Virus record (IMG/VR): IMGVR_UViG_3300026101_000001
Location: 19,407-83,406 of that record
DNA from: a virus
Taxonomy: Duplodnaviria; Caudoviricetes
Strand: one strand, 5' to 3'
DNA length: 64,000 nucleotides
Both the position numbers and the translations under genes were made by a program. Of the stretch, positions 58,196 through 64,000 are shown in pieces (position 1 is the stretch's first letter; the number at the start of each line of letters is the position of its first letter). The notes beneath the pieces were generated by a model. That model ran no database searches, had not been told where the DNA came from, and saw only the letters and a list, made by a program, of their open reading frames with translations.

Positions 58196-58684
58196 ATGCA
58201 AAAAACAGTTTTAGACCCTTGTTCAGGGTCTCGTATGTGGTGGTTGGATAAAGCTCACCCCTCCGCAGTATATGGTGATATTAGAAACGAGACTATAACT
58301 GTTACAGATAGAACACATAAATCGGATGGGACTCGAACTGTAAAAATTGAACCCGACACTTTAATGGATTTCAGAGAGCTCCCTTTTGCGGATAACACTT
58401 TCAACGTTGTAGCTTTCGACCCACCTCATTTAGAGAGAGCAGGTCCTAAAAGTTGGCTTGCCGCTAAATACGGTAAATTAGGTAATGATTGGAGAGAAGA
58501 TTTGAACAAAGGCTTCAATGAGTGCTTGAGAGTTTTGAAACCTGGGGGAACGCTTGTTTTCAAATGGAATGAAACTCAAATAAAACTCAAAGAGATACTT
58601 CCTCTATGTCCAGTTAAACCACTATTTGGGCAAGTTTCAGGCCGTTCGGGATTAACTCACTTTTTAGTTTTTATGAAACCATAG
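58196..58684 (+). CDS. Small SAM-dependent DNA methyltransferase
   Basis: 'LDPCSGSRM', 'FDPPHL', 'RVLKPGGTLVFKW'. Confidence 0.85.
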   Translation: MQKTVLDPCSGSRMWWLDKAHPSAVYGDIRNETITVTDRTHKSDGTRTVKIEPDTLMDFRELPFADNTFNVVAFDPPHLERAGPKSWLAAKYGKLGNDWREDLNKGFNECLRVLKPGGTLVFKWNETQIKLKEILPLCPVKPLFGQVSGRSGLTHFLVFMKP

Positions 58685-58711
58685 CATAAACTTTTATTTA
58701 GGAAATTGACG

Positions 58712-59737
58712 ATGCAAATGTTACCAATCGAATCGCTAAACGATTTAATTAAACTCCCCTCTTTTGTTCAGACGTTAGGTGACCCGCACCTAGCACGTAA
58801 ATTCAATACCGGCGTACCAACACACCGCAAAGGTGAGCGCGAAGAAATGGTGAAAGATATTTTTGCCGGTATTGTAAATGCGCCAGGGTATAAGCTTCAC
58901 GTTTGTATGGGTGACTTATTTGATAAGTTCCGCGTTCCTGAAGAAGATATTTTATTTGCGGCCGACGTTTATCGTCTCGCGGCCAGCACTTACCGTGACC
59001 GTCAGTTCGTGATAATTCGCGGCAACCATGACGCTTCTAGAGATACGCAGTTCAAAAGCTCTTTTGATGTTTTTACACAGCTTGTAGCTCACGTTCCGAA
59101 TATTCACGTAGTTGCAGAAAGCGCACTCAAACTAACCATTGAGAAAGAAAATTTTGTTTTCTACCCGTGGCACCCGTTTAAAACAGCTAAAGAAATTGCG
59201 GCAGAGATTAAGCCACCGGTTGGATACTTCGCGTTTGGCCATTGGGACATTCTTGCTTTTAGTGAAGATAGCTCAGCGACGGATAACTTGATCCCGTTTG
59301 AAGAAATGCAAACAGCACTTGCGGTTATCACTGGCCACTATCATACACCGCGTATTTTTATGGAAGGTGATACGCCAGTCTGGGTTACCGGCTCTATGCA
59401 ACCCTACTCGCATGCCGAGGACCCAAATAACCAGCTCTACATAACGCTCTCGCTTCAAGAAGCAACCGCGGCCTTAGAAGCTGACCCTGATAAGTTCAAA
59501 AACATGAACCTTCGAATCACGCTTCTACCAACGGAGGCCCCGATTGCTGAAGTGGATTGTTTGAGCCTGACTTTCAAACGTGTGTCGGAAAATAAAGACG
59601 ACGAACTGGAAGTTAATCTAGATAGCTTCGACTTAGAAGGCATCTTCAAATCGACAATGGCGGAACACAACGTTTCAACTGAAACTACAAATCAACTTTG
59701 GGGCCAGTTTATGGACCTAAGCGCGGAGGCTGAATAA
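58712..59737 (+). CDS. SbcD/Mre11-like metallophosphoesterase
   Basis: 'GDPHL', 'GDLFD', 'GNHD', 'GHWD', 'GHYH'. Confidence 0.9.
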   Translation: MQMLPIESLNDLIKLPSFVQTLGDPHLARKFNTGVPTHRKGEREEMVKDIFAGIVNAPGYKLHVCMGDLFDKFRVPEEDILFAADVYRLAASTYRDRQFVIIRGNHDASRDTQFKSSFDVFTQLVAHVPNIHVVAESALKLTIEKENFVFYPWHPFKTAKEIAAEIKPPVGYFAFGHWDILAFSEDSSATDNLIPFEEMQTALAVITGHYHTPRIFMEGDTPVWVTGSMQPYSHAEDPNNQLYITLSLQEATAALEADPDKFKNMNLRITLLPTEAPIAEVDCLSLTFKRVSENKDDELEVNLDSFDLEGIFKSTMAEHNVSTETTNQLWGQFMDLSAEAE

Positions 59738-61761
59738 TGCTTTCTTCAATTAAATATGACTTAACGTTCTCGAACGGCAAAACAATTAAAAACGAGTTGG
59801 AACTAAATGCTGGTTCAACCTTGATCACCGGCGCGAACGGCAAAGGTAAATCACTTAACTTTGAAATGGTAGGCTTTGCCCTCTTTGGTAACAAAGCACT
59901 TCGCGGCATTGCTGGTGATTACAAGCGAATGAAGGTAGAGGTTGTTATTGCTATCAATGGCGAGACGTACACTATCAGCCGTACCAAATCTAAGTCTGAA
60001 GTCTTTCATAAAAATGAGCCTATCGTAAGTGGTACCAAGCCTGTAAATCAGTGGGTAGTTAGAACCCTGGGTTATGGCTTTGATGTGTTCCGAATTGCTC
60101 ACTGGTGCGCTCAAGGTGATATCCAAGCGCTTGCGGATATGCGCCCAACTGAACGTAAACAAATGATTGATTCGGTAGCTGGCCTTACGCAGATGGATGG
60201 GCTTGCTAATAATATGGCCGGTGAGATTAGAGAACTGCGTGCGGTTATCGACACTCACAAAAAGAACCTTGTTGAACCTGTGGCGCCTACGCAGCCTCAA
60301 ACTCCTAAAGCCGATATCGAGAATGCGTTAGCAACGTATAAAACAAGTCTTGAGAACTGGCTAACGGCAAAAGCGGTCTCGGTACCAACCGAACCAACGA
60401 AACCGGTAGCACCTGAAGAGCCGATTTACCCAGAAAAACCGCAGCTTCTATCGCCTACGATGAAAGCCCCTGAGTTCCCGACGTTAACTAACGGTATGCC
60501 AAGCACAGTATCCCAGTTAACCACCGTGGAACTGAACCTTCAGAATAACCTTGATAAAGCGGTGAAGGTTGAAGCTGAGTTCTTGCGTCTCGAGGCACAG
60601 TACAAGCCTTGTGAACCTAACGCCGAGTGGCCGGAGCAAGAGGCGCTTTATGACGCGTGGGCTCAACACGAGCGTTACAATCGGATTCAAGAACTTAAGG
60701 CTTCACACACTATTGAGTGTCCTAAATGTAACCATCACTTCCATTTGTCGGCAGAAATTGCAGAACTGGAAAAATTACCTTTAAGGGAAAAGGCCCCGGG
60801 CTTAACCATTAAGCAATGGAATGATATCGCTGCCCAAATTGAAATAAACAAAAAGCACGACACGGTATTAGAAGAGCTGCAGGGCTTAAAGATTGATGAT
60901 TTGAGAACCGCGCTTCATGAAGTTCGCACGGCTAAGTCTGCAATACTGCAGTTTGAGAAAGAGAACAAGGACTATAAGAGCCATGTATCGAATATTTCTC
61001 AGATGAACGACCAGCAAATTAAAAACTGGGAAGGTACCTGTAAGCGGATAAAAGACCAGTATGATAACCAGATGCGGATGTATGACAGTCAAGCAACGCA
61101 TTTTGAAGGCCTGAAGCAAGCTTACGGTGAAGCTAAAGCGAATTATGACCAAGCGCAAGAAACGCTTAACAGTATTACACAACAATTCCCTGATAATACT
61201 GAAGCGACCTTACGTAATGTCATTAGCCAGCTAGAGTCGGCCCGTCAAGAATGGGCGAACTACGAGCACCTTTCGGGGCAGTACGAACAGGCTTTGGCCA
61301 CCTATAATAAAAGTATTGAGGTTGTAGCTGCCGAGGAAGAGCGTTTATCGGAACTGTCTCGGGCCCGTGAAGCACTTAAAGTGGTGAAAGCTAAGGTTCA
61401 AAGTCACCTATTGCCTTCACTTAATAAAGTGGCATCGATGCTAATGAGTGAAATGACCGGTGGCGAATTCCAGTCCGTTGAAGTGGGACAGGATTTCGAG
61501 GTTGTTGTTGATGGCCAGCCGCTAAGAACGCTATCGGGTTCAGGTAAAGACCTCGCTAATTTAACTCTACGCATAGGTTTAGGTCGTATTTTGACTCACC
61601 GTGTATTACCGTTAATGATGTTAGACGAGATTGATAGCGCGATGGACGACACACGAGCCAGCTTCACATGGCAATGTATCCAACGTATCACACCTCATAT
61701 CGGACAGGTTTTACAGGCATCACATAAAGAACTAGATGCCGAGAACCGCGTAGCTGTTTAA
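59737..61761 (+). CDS. SbcC/Rad50-like SMC ATPase
   Basis: 'GANGKGKS', 'CPKC' zinc hook, 'LSGSG', 'LDEID'. Confidence 0.9.
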   Translation: MLSSIKYDLTFSNGKTIKNELELNAGSTLITGANGKGKSLNFEMVGFALFGNKALRGIAGDYKRMKVEVVIAINGETYTISRTKSKSEVFHKNEPIVSGTKPVNQWVVRTLGYGFDVFRIAHWCAQGDIQALADMRPTERKQMIDSVAGLTQMDGLANNMAGEIRELRAVIDTHKKNLVEPVAPTQPQTPKADIENALATYKTSLENWLTAKAVSVPTEPTKPVAPEEPIYPEKPQLLSPTMKAPEFPTLTNGMPSTVSQLTTVELNLQNNLDKAVKVEAEFLRLEAQYKPCEPNAEWPEQEALYDAWAQHERYNRIQELKASHTIECPKCNHHFHLSAEIAELEKLPLREKAPGLTIKQWNDIAAQIEINKKHDTVLEELQGLKIDDLRTALHEVRTAKSAILQFEKENKDYKSHVSNISQMNDQQIKNWEGTCKRIKDQYDNQMRMYDSQATHFEGLKQAYGEAKANYDQAQETLNSITQQFPDNTEATLRNVISQLESARQEWANYEHLSGQYEQALATYNKSIEVVAAEEERLSELSRAREALKVVKAKVQSHLLPSLNKVASMLMSEMTGGEFQSVEVGQDFEVVVDGQPLRTLSGSGKDLANLTLRIGLGRILTHRVLPLMMLDEIDSAMDDTRASFTWQCIQRITPHIGQVLQASHKELDAENRVAV

Positions 61762-61808
61762 CTTTTGTAGGCTGGTGAAAGCCAGCCTTTGATTTGGAAA
61801 TTGATTTT

Positions 61809-62030
61809 ATGAAAGAGAAACTCCGCTTTAAAGTCCCCTACTGTGAATACTGTCATGAGTATGCAACGGTAACTCAGCAAGCACCAATTTCGGGATCTTT
61901 CGAGAATAGGACCAAAAATACTGATGAAGTTATTTTTGAGAGCGTCTGTAGTGACCATGTTAGAAACCACCACGATGCCCTAACCTTTACCTTTTATAAC
62001 CTCGTTTATTCTAAGGGGTGGAGACCATGA
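61809..62030 (+). CDS. Small CxxC..CxxH zinc-finger protein, copy 1
   Basis: MKEKLRFKVPYCEYCHEYA...CSDH. Confidence 0.6.
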   Translation: MKEKLRFKVPYCEYCHEYATVTQQAPISGSFENRTKNTDEVIFESVCSDHVRNHHDALTFTFYNLVYSKGWRP

Positions 62031-62197
62031 AAGAGAAACCACGCTTTAAAGTCCCCTACTGTGAATACTGTCATGAGTATGCGACGGGGAAACAACTCGC
62101 TCCGCCCGCTTACGTAACTGATGGACCACTTGCAATGCAGCAAAAGAGAAAATATGAACTCGTGTGTAAAAAACATGCGACGAATCCGCTCCCTTAG
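62027..62197 (+). CDS. Small CxxC..CxxH zinc-finger protein, copy 2 (not in ORF track)
   Basis: MKEKPRFKVPYCEYCHEYA...CKKH; GGAG RBS; 58/61 nt identical 5' end. Confidence 0.6.
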   Translation: MKEKPRFKVPYCEYCHEYATGKQLAPPAYVTDGPLAMQQKRKYELVCKKHATNPLP

Positions 62198-62230
62198 TAA
62201 GCTAACTTTTAAAATTTGGAAATTGACGAT

Positions 62231-62479
62231 ATGACGAACTCAGCTAATGATAACTATCCTGTTGCTATTAATGTGACTACTAGCCTAAGAACCGTACCAC
62301 TCACTAAATATTGTGAACTGTCTGGTGAAGACATAGAAACGGTACGACAGAGAATTAAACGCGGACACTGGGTAAAAGGCGTACATGCTATTAAGCCACC
62401 CCATATTCGCGAACTTTGGATTGACTTAGAAGCGGTAGAACAATGGATAAGAAATGGGGGCAGCTCCCTCGCGGGGTAA
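62231..62479 (+). CDS. xis: Excisionase (winged-helix Xis)
   Basis: 'VPLTKYCELSGEDIETVRQRIKRGHW...LWIDLEAVEQW', overlapping int start. Confidence 0.85.
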   Translation: MTNSANDNYPVAINVTTSLRTVPLTKYCELSGEDIETVRQRIKRGHWVKGVHAIKPPHIRELWIDLEAVEQWIRNGGSSLAG

Positions 62480-63681
62480 CTATTCGGCCTGGGGCCAAAG
62501 AAGACCGTATTCAAATTAACTTCGAATATAAAGGGGTTCGCTGCCGCGAACTCCTTAAGGTCCCCGTCAACAAATCTAATATCCGATACGCGGGTAACTT
62601 ACGCGGTGAGATATTAAATAAAATTGAGCGTGAAACTTTCCGATACGCGGACTACTTCCCTAGCTCACCAAAGCTAAAAATATTCGGGGGCGCTGTAGCG
62701 TGGGGCAAGACCGTTGAAGCGTACTTGGAGGAATATATTGAGAGCGTCAAGAAACGGGGGCTCTCACCTTCCACGATTAAGGGCTACGAAAAACTGAAGA
62801 CGTCGGTTAAGGAACTCCACCCTATTCCCGTGACCGAGCTCTCGCCGCAAGTTTTGAAAAGCTTTGTTCTCAAGTCTGGGAACTCACCTAAAACCCTGCG
62901 AAACAAGTTCAGCTTTTTACGTACCGCACTGGCCGAGGCCGTAACCGACGGACTGGTATCCACTAATCCGATCGACGGTGTGAAGCTTTCTAACTACGTG
63001 GAAAAAGATAACAAGGTCGATTTAGACGGTGGCCACGATGATATTGACCCATTCACCCCACAAGAAGTGGAAGCTATCTATGAGCATTGCAGACCAGAAG
63101 AACTCAATATCGTTGAGCTGGTTTTCAATACAGGGATGCGGCCTAGTGAATGGTCTGCGCTTAAATGGAACGAGGTTGATTTCATTCACAACACATTGGT
63201 AGTAAAAGCGGCCATCGTGCATAACGAGATCAAGGGTCCAAAATCGAAAGCCGGTAAACGTGCCATACCTTTAAATGAAAGTGCTATGAATGCCCTGAAC
63301 CGGCAAAGAGAACTTTCCTATCTGGGTCGTGGTTTTGTGTTCCCTAAAAACTTAAAGTTTGGAATGGAACTGCCAGAGGGGGAGTTGAACCGGATAAACC
63401 CAGACTCATTTCGTAAACACAAATGGAGTCGAATTCTTACTGCTGCAAAAGTAAGATACCGGTACCCTTATCAAATGCGTCACACTTTCGCGACCCGACA
63501 TATTAGTGAAGGAATAAACTTGTGGCAGTTGGCAAATTGGATGGGCCACTCTTCGCCAGAAATGCTATTTCGACACTACGGTAAATTCATCGAGGATTAC
63601 GAGAAGAAAATCCAAAATGACACGAGTGCGGCACGAGACACCAATGGCACAAACAAAAAACCAAGCTTATCAGCTATTTAG
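62443..63681 (+). CDS. int: Tyrosine integrase
   Basis: Arm domain 'LPRGVTIR...IQINFEYKGVRCRE'; catalytic R (MRPSE), RH (QMRHT), H (MGHS), Y (RHYG). Confidence 0.95.
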   Translation: MDKKWGQLPRGVTIRPGAKEDRIQINFEYKGVRCRELLKVPVNKSNIRYAGNLRGEILNKIERETFRYADYFPSSPKLKIFGGAVAWGKTVEAYLEEYIESVKKRGLSPSTIKGYEKLKTSVKELHPIPVTELSPQVLKSFVLKSGNSPKTLRNKFSFLRTALAEAVTDGLVSTNPIDGVKLSNYVEKDNKVDLDGGHDDIDPFTPQEVEAIYEHCRPEELNIVELVFNTGMRPSEWSALKWNEVDFIHNTLVVKAAIVHNEIKGPKSKAGKRAIPLNESAMNALNRQRELSYLGRGFVFPKNLKFGMELPEGELNRINPDSFRKHKWSRILTAAKVRYRYPYQMRHTFATRHISEGINLWQLANWMGHSSPEMLFRHYGKFIEDYEKKIQNDTSAARDTNGTNKKPSLSAI

Positions 63682-63690
63682 AGAATAATC

Positions 63691-63721
63691 GACGCGGGTT
63701 CAAATCCCGCCAGCTCCACCA
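63691..63721 (+). ncRNA. ssrA: att site: duplicated 3' end of tmRNA (not a full gene)
   Basis: GACGCGGGTTCAAATCCCGCCAGCTCCACCA matches the gammaproteobacterial tmRNA T-arm/acceptor 3' end; 9 nt after int stop. Confidence 0.85.
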
Positions 63722-63726
63722 ATTCC

Positions 63727-63753
63727 AAAGGCTTGCCACTCGGCAAGCCTTTT
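63727..63753 (+). terminator. Host ssrA terminator
   Basis: AAAGGCTTGCC-ACTC-GGCAAGCCTTTT. Confidence 0.85.
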
Positions 63754-63888
63754 TCGTTTCAGCTTCCGAAATTTGTAAATTGTTTCTAATTAAAACAAAA
63801 CACACACTACCTAAATAAAAGCTATTCCCATCTAGATAGTTATATTATAACATTGCAGCACGATTCTAATGTATAGCTTCTCCAAACA

Positions 63889-64000
63889 ATGCAAACAAAT
63901 TCAGTGATATGCGCGGATGCGCTTACCGTGTGTGTTGACGATCGCACGCTTCTAGACAATCTCAATTTTAATGTAGGAAAAGGCGAAGTATTTGCACTTT
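63889..64000 (+). CDS. Host ABC transporter ATP-binding protein (5' part)
   Basis: MQTNSVICADALTVCVDDRTLLDNLNFNVGKGEVFAL, the typical lead-in to a Walker A motif. Confidence 0.7.
   Translation, partial: MQTNSVICADALTVCVDDRTLLDNLNFNVGKGEVFAL

Larger units (their letters stand above)
3259..62233. promoter_or_regulatory. Dispersed start-associated motif GGA(A/G)ATTGACGA(T/C)[N0-3]ATG (~39 copies)
   Basis: Core ATTGACGA at starts of 7 minus-strand and ~32 plus-strand loci, always co-oriented with the gene. Confidence 0.95.
1..63721. mobile_element. Prophage (temperate siphovirus-like) integrated at ssrA 3' end; left end outside window
   Basis: Complete head/tail, replication, xis and tyrosine integrase modules; ends at a duplicated tmRNA 3' terminus followed by host-type gene. 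Confidence 0.95.

Noticed and set aside
3945-58706. ORF-track N-termini 'MTM...' or 'MEIDDM...'
   Set aside because: These arise from the TTG within the start motif; the ATG after the motif has proper SD spacing and was used instead, except where no ATG follows (terL)
61809-62087. Diversity-generating retroelement TR/VR pair
   Set aside because: No reverse transcriptase; mismatches are not adenine-specific; repeat is at gene 5' ends
63691-63721. tRNA gene
   Set aside because: Only a T-arm and acceptor 3' half; no 5' half; best explained as the duplicated tmRNA end forming the att site
1-63721. Lysis cassette, tail fibres, Gam-like or CI-S24 genes
   Set aside because: None recognised in this window; probably lie left of position 1, so absence cannot be claimed for the whole phage

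Overview
Positions 1-63721 are most of a large (>63 kb) temperate siphophage integrated at the 3' end of the host tmRNA gene (ssrA). The displaced ssrA 3' fragment (63691-63721) follows the integrase, and host DNA (start of an ABC-transporter gene) resumes at about 63889. The other prophage end lies left of the window. Layout: (i) a minus-strand morphogenesis operon (lambda gpA-type TerL, portal, protease/scaffold, decoration, capsid, neck, tail tube, -1 frameshifted tail chaperone, tape measure); (ii) a divergent pair, hypothetical plus D5/SF3 helicase; (iii) a non-coding control region at 17.4-18.2 kb; (iv) an accessory 'cassette' region at 18-35 kb (JAB/RadC, RNase H, C5 and N6/N4 MTases, DndB-like DGQHR, DUF3560-like, PAPS-reductase-like, many small proteins); (v) a putative immunity region at 35.4-37.0 kb with an unannotated secreted 50-aa peptide, a ~6-TM membrane protein and an XRE repressor; (vi) a full replication/recombination module (ligase, SNF2, SSB-like, 5'-3' exonuclease, RdgC, Pol A, DEDDh exonuclease, NTP-PPase, AEP-SF2 helicase, ProQ/FinO, resolvase, SbcCD-like), then xis and int. 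The most striking features not explained by the gene calls are: a 13-nt motif GGA(A/G)ATTGACGAT at about 39 gene starts; 13 copies of a GGGGRGAAYRTTCYCCCC palindrome at accessory-gene junctions; six co-oriented Chi octamers within 720 bp; a four-site ACACA-N7-TGTGT operator network; and the peptide/membrane-protein/repressor triad, a candidate phage signalling system. All calls come from manual motif reading and synteny. No database searches were run, and counts are manual.
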